This document shows, piece by piece, positions 1 through 11,536 of a DNA stretch of 64,000 nucleotides. Numbering within the stretch: position 1 is the stretch's first letter; each line of letters starts with the position of its first letter. Below the pieces are notes generated by a model that saw only the letters and a list, made by a program, of their open reading frames with translations, was not told where the DNA came from and ran no database searches. Position numbers and translations under genes: made by a program. The stretch lies in contig CM030336.1 of the NCBI GenBank assembly GCA_017654855.1, positions 1,736,001-1,800,000 on the forward strand, written 5' to 3'. The DNA comes from Podospora anserina (Eukaryota).

Positions 1-557
1 CCCGCCATCTTACCGCCGTTTCTTTCCCGCAATTTGATCATCGGGGACGATCCAGAAAGACGTTGGTTGGACTCTGCAGGGCCAACACTACGCCACATCC
101 CCTTTCCGTATGCCCAATTTGAAGATCCGGAGCTTGTGCGTGAAGCTTTCCAGGACCTACCGGAATCTCAGAGGATACCGCTCTGGTCGGTAAACTCCCG
201 AAAGTGTTTTGGCTGGGTCCTTTTAACCAGCCATGAAATCATGGCGCTGTTTATTCAGTCTTACTGTGGCAAAGAAGCGAGTAGAGCGAAAGACTTTACG
301 TAAGTCGTGTGGAAATCGATGCTTTCTACGGCCGCAGTTTTTTTTTTTCATTTTTTTTTTTTTCATATATACACACTCTGGCCTATGAGCAACAGGGCTG
401 GGAAGTATGTGTTGACAGAGTTGGGTCCACATTAGGAATCATTGTTTCAGTTCGACAAATGGTCGGTGTAGTGTTAGTGGTTAGTGAGAGGGGCGTAGTG
501 CATCCCAAAGTCCGAGGTCTATCCAACTGCTCGCACTTGACAGCATTCCTCGGGTAA
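1..557 (+). CDS. Possible 3' part of a gene entering from outside the window (hypothetical protein)
   Basis: Open frame over 34..299, then a GTAAGT donor at 300 and a TTGACAG acceptor near 418. No recognisable domain; 3' end uncertain. Confidence 0.3.
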
Positions 558-1100
558 GGCTGATAGATGACTGCCTTATCGAGATTGAGACTACAGTCAC
601 CGCATAAGCTGCCTGCATACCTTGAGACAGGGAATATGGGGCGTTACTAAGGATCTTCGACATCATGATCATTATGATCGCACCATGAGCGAGGCCAAGA
701 ACAGCGCCTCACCTAATCAGCCCTGCGGTGCTACTTTCAGCTGTCGTTGCAGCTGAAGACAGCGTGTAGAATCCTAAACTTGATGTGGATCTTGTTGCTG
801 CTGATCGGGAACGGCCAGTCATTCACTGCTTCTCGTCGGGCCGTCAACGTATCGCATGAACGAGCAGAACGAGATGTGGTGGTGTATCAATCCTCAAGGA
901 AGGCATGGTGATGGACCATCATTCATGATTCCATACCTCATAGCCTTTGTCACTGAACAGAGGGTACAACCAAGACGTCGAATTTGAGTATAAGAAGCCA
1001 CGAACACGCTCGCCATCACTGCTCTTTCTTTCACCATCAGTCTCTCAGACATCACCGTCTTCTCACACACAACTTCACACCAACGCCAACCTTCAACAAA

Positions 1101-1631
1101 ATGCAATTCACCACCGCCCTCCTCCTCGCCCTCCAGGCCACCTTCGCCCTCACCAGCCCCGCCCCCGCCCCCGCGGCCGACCTTTCCACCGCCCAACTCG
1201 AAGCCGAGTGCGGCAGTCTCCACGCCAACACCTACAACGAGACCGCTCTCCCCTCCGACGTTGATCCAGCCCAGATCCGTCACTGGTAAGTGATCCCTTT
1301 CCCCTACCTAACCGAGCGGTTTGCTAACCGCAGACAAAAAAGCGCCGAACACCCCTCCGGCACCGCCACCGAGGAAAACACCCTCGGCAAACGCGACTGC
1401 GTCCCGGGCAGCGCGGCCCAGTACGGCTGCGGCAGGGGCGGGTACTGCTGGAGGCGCTGCGGCGGGAGCGGGGGCTCGTGGTGCTGGCAGGCGGTGAACA
1501 ACGGCTGGGGTGACTGGATCAAGTGCACTGCGAACAGCCAGTGTGCTCCGAAAAGCGGGTGGGGGTGTGGTCAGAGCGAGGGGGATTGCAATGCTTGCGG
1601 GTGCTCTTGCACGGGTGGTTTGCCTTTCTAG
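1101..1631 (+). CDS. idi-2: IDI-2-like secreted Cys/Trp-rich protein (157 aa, 2 exons)
   Basis: Signal peptide MQFTTALLLALQATFA. Intron 1286..1342 (GTAAGT..GCTAAC..AAG) rejoins IRH-C-AEHP. Pro-region AECGSL...IRHCAEHP, then a KR site, then a 12-Cys/6-Trp domain ending CNACGCSC. This is the layout I recognise from the Podospora IDI-2 family; orthologue versus paralogue cannot be settled by eye. Confidence 0.7.
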
Positions 1632-2069
1632 ATGATGAGTTGGCAGAGGAGACGGCTCAGTAGGGGTTGAATAGGATAAGGGGACGGGAAAGACATTGGA
1701 AGGTCAAAAGCAACAATGATGGATCGCTTCCAAGGGGTTAGAAGTGGTGTGAACAGTAGCTAGGTACCTAGTTTTGTCTTTCTCTCATTCATCACCAACA
1801 CACAGAATTGAAAATTTGGATAAACATCGTCGGTGTGTGCACGTAACCCTATCGGTTGGTCTCGTAGCTCATAATCATTGACATATCCCTTCCCCTTCCT
1901 CTCATTCCCAACTACCCACCTACCTAAGTAAAAGACATAAACAACCACCTCATTCCCAACAAGGACAACAGAATATTAACCACCCACCACCACCCTCCCT
2001 CTTTTCCCCATAAAAACAGGACAGAAACCCAACCCGCAACCCCCAGCCTCTCCCCACGTCCTCACCAAG

Positions 2070-2310
2070 CTAATCAAACCTCCCCCAATAAGGACACCCA
2101 CCCACAGCACAGGGGTATTTATTCGACACAACCTCTTCAACCCTGCCATTCACACCACCACACTCGACATTTTCTTTTTTTATCTTTAAGTCAGCAACCT
2201 GATTCCAAACCATGAAAAAACAAGATAGACACAAACATACCGCAGCTCTCACACAAACTCGTAATCCTATGCCCGCAGCGGTGGTGAATGATGATTCTAA
2301 GGGTGCACAT
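2070..2310 (-). CDS. Cys/His microprotein A (57 aa, 2 exons), MC-x9-CGH type, putative metal-binding
   Basis: Exon 1 2310..2241 (MCTLRIIIHHRCGHRITSLCESC+G). Intron 2240..2174 (GTATGT..GCTGAC..AAG). Exon 2 2173..2070 gives ENVECGGVNGRVEEVVSNKYPCAVGGCPYWGRFD*. Paralogue at 37399. Confidence 0.65.
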
Positions 2311-3576
2311 TCTCCCAGGGTAGGTAGTAGTAGGTATTTTACACTTGCGTCCTGTGATCTGCCAAAACAACAAGACAAATCAACTTGTCTATACGTAGGT
2401 AGGTAGGTGGGGATAAAGATATCTGATAAGGTAGGTAAGCAAAGATTTGCTGTCGTCTCTATTTCCAAGTTCCGGACTTGGTGACACGGTAACTGAGCCG
2501 CAAAAAGCAGGTGAGGTAAGTGGCAGTCGTCGAATGTGGAAACTTTTTTTTTCTGCTGCCGCACTCGCAAAGAGCCAATGCGGGCACAAGCCGGACACGG
2601 GGAGGTGGTGGAACTGACAAGTGGTTCAACAAAGTCGTGGACAAGAGTCGAAGTCGTGAAGAAAGAGGGGGCCAAGGTGGGCATGCCTCTGCTTTTAACT
2701 TCGTGGCGTAGGACCCCATAGTCGAAAGCAGACTAATCATACCTACCCAGGGTTTTGATAACATGCCTTGTTCATCATAGTCATCCTCCATGGCCAGCAG
2801 TAGGTATGTATGGCTCACCACTTCCCTCCCAACACCATCACCAAACCACATGCCAGGTCCTAGTCACACACAAACACACACACACACAACTTGACCATAC
2901 CCCTCACTTCTCTCGTCTGCTGCTCCACCCCTTTCATTCCCCCCTCAATGCTATACCGTATGTGCCATTGATAGCGGACAGGTGGGTAGGTTGGTAACAG
3001 TTCCTCATTATATCCCTTCCCGACTCCCGAGGTGCCGACATGACGGAGTCGTCTGTGCAAGAACTACTATTACTTTGTAACGAGGCGTTGCCGGTAGATA
3101 ACCTAGTAGCGATGAACACCTATCATCACTAGCATACATTGCTATTTGACAGTTCTCCTCGAGCTGGGGCAACGATGATGATCATAGGTACCCAGGCAGA
3201 TCCCCACGGGCCATCCATGCATACAGCCCGCGCTCATCCAGGTCAGCCGTCCACTTGTGTCCGATAAACGCCATACCAAACCCTTCGTATACACCCACCC
3301 CTCCTTAAGATATTGAAACCACCCAAAAGCACTCCTAAGAAACTGGTCAACTGACTCCCTTTTCAGCACTCAAATTTACTCGCTCAAAAGATAATTACCT
3401 TCCCACCTACCCGTTATATAACATTAATGCCATCCCATGTCCCAGCCCGTCTGGTGTAAATCCGAAACCTTGTCCCGCCCGCTTCTGATCTCTGGCCTTT
3501 TCGTCTGTCGTCAACATCATACTAAAGTGGACCCAATGTTCGGATACCTCAAGATCCGAAACAAAACAAGGCGACA

Positions 3577-6006
3577 TCACAACCAACCCTCCCATTCCTC
3601 ATCACCCCTCCTCACAATCGGCACCGCCGCCGCACAAAGGACCGCAGCACGGGACGCAATCCATAACACAACAAAGTGCGCCCCGAGCAACACCCAACTC
3701 CTCCTCCATCCTACCATCCAGCCCGAGTTCCTTACACCACCACCAACCGGGTGCACAACCCTCGGACTACCATCAGGTCCAACCCTAATAACAACAGGAC
3801 TACCACTCCCATCATCAGCTCCCCCTCCCTCCCCCCCGAAAACCCCACCCCCATCTCCCTCCCTATCCCCCCTCCCCCGGCTAAGCCCAACCAAATCCAC
3901 CGTCGCCATCCCCACCAACAACCCCATCACCACCACAGAAGAACTGTAAGGCCAACAAACCCAACTCAGACTCACCATCTTCCCCACAAACACCCCCACC
4001 CTCAGCAGAACCTCATTCTCTCCCCCCCACCTCCTCACCCTCCACTGCGCCAGCACAGCCCCATTCCTCACCCTCTCCAGCGTAGTAGTAGGCGGCGGCA
4101 TCAACAAAGGCGTGGTAATGCTCGCCGCCGCCGCCTCCCCCTCCGGCGAATCATCCTCACTCCTCCTGCCCCCCAAAGTCAACTCCCCCCCCGACCCTCT
4201 ATGCCTCGGAGCCCTCATCATCCTCTTCTGCAAAAGTGAAACCGCCGAAGTCGTCTGCGAAACAGCAGCAAAATCATCCTCCTCCGTAAGAGAATTCACC
4301 CTCGCCTGCTTCGTCCCCTCCGGCCTCATCAGACCCGGCTCCTCCAAATTCTGAATCCTATGCCCCCCCATCCCGTCCGAGTTGTTCCTCCCCCCACGCA
4401 TCCCGTTCACCCCATCCAACGGCATCTCCCCCTTCATCGCACCAAGCACCTCGTTAGCAGTAGGCCGCTCGAGCGGATTAACCGCCAGAAGCTTCTGAAG
4501 TAACTGATACAGCTTGTGCGGCAGATCCGGCCGCTCCCTCCGCTCATCGTGAAACCCCTTCCAGTCCGTAATCTCGGCGCGGAGCTGGTCGATATCCTCC
4601 AACTCCTCATTCACCGCGTTGGCAAAGTGGTAGGGCAACCTGCCAAAGCACATGAAATACAGAATCATCCCCAACGAAAAGATGTCCGACTTGGTGGTAA
4701 AGTTTCCGTACCTCCCCGTAACATCCTTTTTGAGAACCTCCGGCGCGCAGTACGAGATCGTACCCGTCGAACCGGTCGACTTACGAACCGCATGTTCCGG
4801 TTGGACTTCCCCAAAGTCGCTAATCAGGCAAGCCAAATGAGCCCCCTCGCGATGCAGCAGACAGTTACTAGGTTTCAGGTCGCGGTGGATGTAGTTTGCA
4901 GCATGCAGATAGGCCAAGCCGGACGTAATATCCTTGAAGAGCGAGTAAATCTCCTCAGGGGGCAAGCGACGCTGCATCTTGGGACGTTCTGTCTGGCCCT
5001 TGGAGCGACGGCGCATCTGGGCCTTGAGCTGCTCCTTCGTGGCCTCCCTCGGCATGTCGCCAATGACGTAGTGCAGCAGATCGCCGCCATTGCAGTATTG
5101 CTGCAGGATGAATGCGCACGCAACTACAGGCGCAAACTGGCTGGTCTGATAGTCCTCAAGCCAGACGTGCCGGTAGGAGACAAGGTTGGGATGGGAGAGC
5201 TTCGCAAGCAGCTCAACCTCTACCAACACCTTTTCAAGCCAGGCGTGGTCATCTCCCACTGGCACCCTTTTGCAGGCAAACTCTCCCAGAAAGCAGCCGT
5301 CAATCTCGTGCCGCACAAGCAAGACAACTCCCTTGCCGCCTCGGCCAAGCTCTCGCTCCTCGATAAAGAAAGTATTAAAGTAATTCGGGCTGAACGCCTC
5401 TCGTCGAATGCGGCCGCCGCCTTGGTGAGGCGCCGGTGAGCTCCTCACAGACTGGGCGTCTTGCCGTCCAAGCTCGCTCCCGTCTTCATCAGACACCGAG
5501 GCCGGAAACGGTTCGACCAACCGCCGGATAGGACTCGACGGTGGCGGGAGAGGCTGCGTGTGGTTCCGTCGATACTGGCCGGCGCGCAGCATGCGGAAGT
5601 AATCGGGATTGACGTAGGTTTCATGGCTCGTCGCGGGCTCAAAGCGCCTCTCGGGGGATGATGTTCGCAGGCTTTGGTGGCAGGTGGGACATTTTGTCAG
5701 TTCGAGGCCGCGGATCTCGAGACGCTGCGAGGTGGGGTCGCGGACGACGATGGCGTTGTGGTGACGGCTGCGCAGGAATGTTTATCAGTCTTTGTGTGTT
5801 TTTTTTTTCCAGAGTCGCGAGGCATGGAGCTTGACGGGGAAAAGTGTTCAAGAGAGCAATGAGACACATTGCAGTAGGTGATGCTGTCGTGGGGGTGACG
5901 GGAGTCCCAGTGGCATGCATGGACTGCCCCCAGATGGTTTTGGTGGGGGAATGACGTACAGAACAATCTCGCGACCTTCGCGCTCGTGGTAGGGAACAAG
6001 GGACAT
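3577..6006 (-). CDS. IKS1: IKS1-family Ser/Thr protein kinase with C-terminal hydrophobic segments
   Basis: Exon 1 MSLVPYHEREGREIVL (6006..5960), intron 5959..5768, exon 2 RHHNAIVVRDP...CPTC. Kinase motifs LGRGGKGVV, ACK, HRDLKPSN, SDFGE, APE and DIFSLG. Confidence 0.88.
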
Positions 6007-6546
6007 GGCTGGCGTGGACGGGGTGGAAATGGTATGGATATCCTCAGGATATGATCCCAGAGTAAAGATGTCCCATGCTGGTCTCGATATGACGATGCGC
6101 TTGCTCTCTTCTCTTTGTTTTGAGAAGGATGCGAGATGGAGTTTCGATGTTTTCGTTGTTGCGGTGACAGGGGCGTTGGTGAATGATTGCCGGGGTTGAG
6201 CTCAACGGCGGAGGGCTTGGTCCGGGGTTTTAGCGCATCGAACCACTGCAGCCAGGTCTTGGCAGCAACGGCTCCCCACTGAAGCTTCCTACACATCATC
6301 TCCGGGAACTATCTCCTGTTTAGATTCCCCAGATGCATCGTGTTACAGCCACATACATGCCCCATCTCTCTCAACCTCACTCTTCATTGGATGCCGCTCA
6401 CCTGCTAACCATTCGCCGCCAGCACCACAAACATATCACGATCCAACACGTCGATGTGTGATACCATCTCCCATTGATTAGTCAACCAGCATATCTCGGG
6501 ATAACTGCCCCCCCCCCCCACCCCCTGACCCTCAGCAACTAGCACC

Positions 6547-7930
6547 CTATACTATTGCTCTTGTCGTGCTGTTCCCAGGAGGCCTAAACCCCACCCCCTT
6601 CGTCTCACTCCCCGGACCAAAATCTGGTTCACCACCCAAAGACCCAAGCACATCACCAATATAATTGCAAGGCTTAATCCCCTTGTCAAAAACCGCCCCC
6701 CAATCCTTCAGAATCCCATTCACAATCTCAATCCCCGCAAGATAGAGATTCTGAATCGCAACCTCGAAGCCATTCTGCTTGAGAACAAGCAAATGCTCAT
6801 AGGCAGTGACGTTAGGAGGAGGACGGTCAAAGTTAGACCCTGTAACAAACACAACCTCATCAGTCGAGCTTCTCTCACCAAAACAAAACAAAACAAAGCA
6901 AAGCAAAACAAAACAAAACAAAACAAAAAACCTCACCAGTCCTCATAACAACAACCCTCGAAAAGTCCACAACCCCATAAACCGCCATCCTCACCAACGA
7001 ACCCAGCACCGCATTATCCTCCTGCGCCGTCATGCAGTACCTCCCCGTCCCATTCGTCCAAACCCCCGTCGTCCTCTCAAACGCCTCGCTCAGCAACGTC
7101 CCCGAGTAATAAACATCGCTCGTGACGGTATCACACTTGACCACCTCCGGCCCGCTCGACGCCTTGGCAAAAATATTCCCCTCCGGCTTATACCTCGCCC
7201 GGTACTTCTTCGAGTCCTCGTTATCGCTCAAATTCGCCCTGACGGCATAGTTAAACGCCGCGTCCCGCAGCGCGTTGCTCACCTCAAACACTTCTGTCCC
7301 GTACAGAATCTTGGGGTACTCCTCCGGCTGCGTGGTGCCATAAGCAACATACCCCGTCGTGAAGTTGTCTGGCATCTCCCGGGCGTCGAATTCGTATTGG
7401 AGGGCTACTTGGACGGTGTACCGCGCCAGGGCTACGCCGCCGATGGTGGAGTACTTTGGGTTTGCGCCTGCTATGCCGGCTAGGAGGAAGTATGTCTTTG
7501 TGAGGTTGAACTTGGGGGAGAGGAGGAGGGCCATGGCCGACGAGGCGGCGTTGATTTCGCCTTCGCAGGTGGTCACCTGGCAGACTTGGAGGTCTTCTCT
7601 GCAGTGAACGTGGGGGTATCGTGGGGAGAGGCCGGGGATGGTGATGTTGACGGCCAGGAGGTTGCCGTGGCTGTTGGGGGGCATGTTGTCGTACCAGACT
7701 TGGGCTTCGGGGGCGAACTGGACTGCGGGTTAGCTTTGGTGAAGTTGGGTTGTGGGGTAGGTACTTGCCATGCTGACGATCATGACCTTGGGGGTGATTT
7801 TCCCATCAAGTCTCGGCTCAGGAGGGCTGTTTGCGATGCTGCCATTCCTCGGAGGAGTAGCAGCGGCCAAGCCAAGCTGGCCACCGCGCAAGGCCAGAAA
7901 TGCGGCGAACGCGCACGGCATGAAGCGCAT
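6547..7930 (-). CDS. NUP-family ('purine nucleoside permease') secreted protein, 3 exons
   Basis: Signal-peptide-like N-terminus. Family motifs PKVMIVSM|FAPEA, TTCEGEINAA, TYFLLAGIAG, TAQEDNA and MRTG|SNFDRPPP. Introns at 7768..7718 and about 6935..6840. Confidence 0.85.
6879..6929. repeat. (CAAAA)n pentanucleotide microsatellite inside NUP intron 2
   Basis: About 10 copies of caaaa/caaag seen directly. Confidence 0.9.
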
Positions 7931-9634
7931 ATCGACCGTTGACAGGGTTGGCTCAGGGGGAGGCCCCAGTCTTTTCTTTGTATCACCCTCGAGACGCTTT
8001 CGCTTCGTTGTGGAGGTAAGAGGGATGGAGGAAGGTGGTCGACAGATTGACCTGAACGAGGGTAGGTGCAGCGAGTTAAATGAAATGACTTGTTCTGCAG
8101 TCATCCCTCCGAGACAAGCAATAAAGCCCGGGAAGAAGAATTCTTTTTGTCTTTTTCATGGTGAGGCGTTCTTGTGTCAAACTCGATGTCGGGCCTGTGC
8201 CTGCCCGCCCGTGGCAGCTGATCAAGACTAGTGAATATCTCCGCGTGAGTGACTCCGTCCCAGATATCATCAGCTGGGGGGAGTAGAGTTTGTGGGACCG
8301 AGTAGGGAATTGAGATGATTTCGCCATTTGTTGAGGAGAAGGTGAAGAAGTGTGCTAGTTGCTCTTGCTCCTTTGGAGGTAGAAGAGCACGTACTTTTAC
8401 CAGCTTGCAGGGTGAAGTCCAAGAGTGAATATTGTCCGCCACCGGCATCGCTTTTCTCCACCTCCTGGGAACTTCTCACATATCGATTTCTCGTGCGATT
8501 CGATTCCGCTGCCGCTGTGACATCCGGGTAGAATTCCCTTGGCTTATATCGAATGCATTGCATTCTTCTTGTGGATGTGTAACCAACGATCTCAAGAGGT
8601 AAACGAGACATGCAGTGGTTCCTGCCACGATCGTTCCGTGTACTACGGCCTGTCAAGCCGTCTGTCGGCCAGAGTTTCCATTGGGTGCCGAACGAGTTTG
8701 TCTCAGGTTCTCAGACGTCAACGAAGCTTGGTTGAAGTTTGCCTCAGACAAAACTATTGTTTTTTTTTTGTTTTTATCTCGGCTATCATTACCGATGTCA
8801 GCTGGAAAGGAATCTCTAGCTTGTAACCCACAAAGTCACCGAGGTCAAGCCAGCAACGCAAGTTTGAGCGTCCAGTGCCGTGCGTTGCTCTAGACAGTAT
8901 CTTGTTTTGTCAGACCACAGACCAACTGTGTTCGCATCAACCCCGGAAGGACATGAATACAGCAACCATGATACGTGCGCTTCGCAGTTTCTATTTTTGC
9001 TTTTCGTCATCAAAAACCTGCGCAAGCTCATATACCCGTACACGTGGCGGTGGAGCTCAACGAAACCTCAGAGGAGCGCTTCCGGCCTTGTTGAACCCAT
9101 TCCCAGGGACGCGGCGCGAGGGAACGGTTCGGGACGAGTGGTTCGCGTGTGAGCTAGAGGTTAGCCAGCCCTGGTTCGGCCAGTGAAGTGGCTGGTGTAT
9201 TTACCCGGCTTAAGTGATTTTGCTACAATAAAGAGGGGTTCCTGGCCAAAACACAGGCCAGAACTGTCTTGGCCCTTCGTATTGATGTTGAAGAAGCTAT
9301 TTTTCTGCTGTTCGAGACAACAAAACAGCTGGTCATGGTGGCGGTGTAGTTACCGAGTGTTAGCTCCGGCCTCGAGAGCGCCGCTGACTTGCAGCTCCGA
9401 TAGTGAAAATGCATCATCGTCGTTGCGTTGATGGTGATCTGGGTGTCATGGGCGAAATTGTGGATAAATTGATGGTCGGTGGAAGGAAAGTTATGAAGGA
9501 GCTGCTTTCCAGTTCCCCGGTTGGAAAGGGGATGGCAGTGAGGTGTATTTATTGACGTGGTTTGCCCGTTTGATGATGTGATCTGTACTCTTGTCTTTTA
9601 ATAACAACGACTTCTCTCCGTCGCCAGAAAAAAT

Positions 9635-9985
9635 ATGAAGTTCTCTCTCGCTCTCATCACAGTTGGTCTGTTCGGTGGTGCGCTTGCACAGCAAGGGGTC
9701 CAGTGCCCAGGAAGCTGGTATCTTCAGCCAGATGACTGCATGTGTATGAACAGCAGGGAGGGATATCTGCTCAAGACACAGACGTTGGATTGCTGCAAGA
9801 AGCTGGGGTACAAGACTTATAACAACGTGAGTACCTGACATATACAGCCAGACGGGCATGTGATGGAGGCTGACACGCTGACGCTCGGCATATAGATCTG
9901 CGCCGTGGACAGAAACAAGCGCCAGACGTTCAAGGACTGTTGCAAGGATCTAAACCAGGAGAGCGTCATTGGCCATTGCCGTTGA
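9635..9985 (+). CDS. Small secreted cysteine-rich protein (93 aa, 9 Cys, 2 exons)
   Basis: Signal peptide MKFSLALITVGLFGGALA. Intron 9827..9895 (GTGAGT..GCTGAC..TAG). Exon 2 reads ICAVDRNKRQTFKDCCKDLNQESVIGHCR*. Confidence 0.85.
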
Positions 9986-10565
9986 GGTTGAGAAGGTTAA
10001 GACTTAAGAGGGCGATCGGTGGAATTTGGGGAAGGCCATCATCCATGCCGCCATGTTGACTTGGCTTGAAGCTTCGAGGTTGAATGGCGTTTGAGGCTTA
10101 CGGGGGTGAGAAGTGGCCGCGGGTGAAACGTTCAAGGAGGTCTCCGATTGGAATTGTGTGTAATTGGATGAAATCATGAAGTTATGAGAAACGTGGAAAA
10201 GAAAGACTGAGAAATAAGATAAGTCAAAGAGTTGCGAATATCTGAAGAAGTAAGAATTGGAGATATCTTTGATGTTGGTTTCCCGAGCGTGGCCCGTGCA
10301 CATAGATGTGGGCCCGACGCGCTAGAATGCGCGAATGTTCTTCTCCAAGAGCTTCTCCAAGAAGAATTGCAGGGCAGCCATGCTTCCAACCTGATTGATC
10401 GCCTACAAAGCACCACTTGCCCACCCCCCGGCTCCGTTTCTCTGTTTCTGTTATTGTTGGTTCCCCTGGCTTGTGTTCTCAGTCATGTCAATCATGGTGA
10501 CCTGACCTTTTCCACAGTCGTCGCCTTCGGCCGTATCCCACCACTCGAATATCCAGCCTTGCGTC

Positions 10566-11098
10566 ATGGCTCCTCCAAAGCTCAACGGGCAGCTCCCGTA
10601 CCAAAGCTGCAGACGTTTGTTCCAGCAACAAGCTCTGTCGAGACGAACCTTTACGACATCTTCCCCATCCTTCTCGAACGTGCCCAAGCAGACGTCGAGA
10701 TTCGCGAAAAAGACAGAAACCCAGGTCCCTCCCGTCGACCAAACCCAGCCGAAGCCGAATGTTGTGGTAAACCCACCAGCCGCACCGACGACCGTGCCGA
10801 AACCGTCTGCTGTGCGCCGTCCTGGCGTTGGGACACCTACAATGGAGCCAAAGCAGCCGGTGGACATCAACAGCAAGGAGTACAAGCGTGTGGCGAGAAA
10901 GGTCACGAGCCTCATGGTTGCGCTGCCCTTCTTGATTGTCACATCGTACTACCTCTGGGACCGACGTAGGTCTCAGCCCATCAGATATGTCGTGATACTG
11001 TTGTTGACTCTTCTTCCCAAGTCTCTCTTGGCAGGCCAGTCCCTCCTCCGTCCGATGATGCCTCCTCCGCTCCGTCCTCTGAGCCCAAGAAAGCGTAG
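10566..11098 (+). CDS. Hypothetical single-pass protein, probably mitochondrial
   Basis: Arg/Ser-rich presequence-like N-terminus, Pro-rich linker and TM segment VTSLMVALPFLIVTSYYLW. Intron about 10966..11020; exon 2 reads LSLGRPVPPPSDDASSAPSSEPKKA*. Confidence 0.7.
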
Positions 11099-11405
11099 CG
11101 TTGTGATCGACCAGCCGAATGAATGCGTTCAAACACTCTCCAGCAGGTTATTCCCTGCGTGTCAGCAACAAAAACGTGGCATCCAGTGGGCTTCCGTTTG
11201 TAGCAGGATGCTCCTTGTTTGGTCGTCGTTGTCAAATATCAGCTCAAAGGTGGCTCTCAATGCGAACCCAGGATTGCCGAACAGAATCCTAGAAAACACT
11301 TTTGGATTCTCATCATGTTTACTGCCTCCCGACTTCTTCTTGGTCCGGCCCACTCTCAAGGTCGGCCACCTCCGTCATCAGTCCATGAAATGTTGTCCTG
11401 AACAA

Positions 11406-11407
<2 letters not shown>

Positions 11408-11454
<47 letters not shown>

Positions 11455-11536
11455 TTCTCTCTCTGCTTCTCTCTCTGCTTCTCTCTCTGCTTCTCTCTCT
11501 GCTTCTCTCTCTGCTTCTCTCTCTGCTTCTCTCTCT
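11408..11536. repeat. Compound microsatellite: (CT)n followed by (CTGCTTCTCTCT)n
   Basis: About 22 CT units grading into about 7 copies of a 12-bp unit. Confidence 0.95.
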
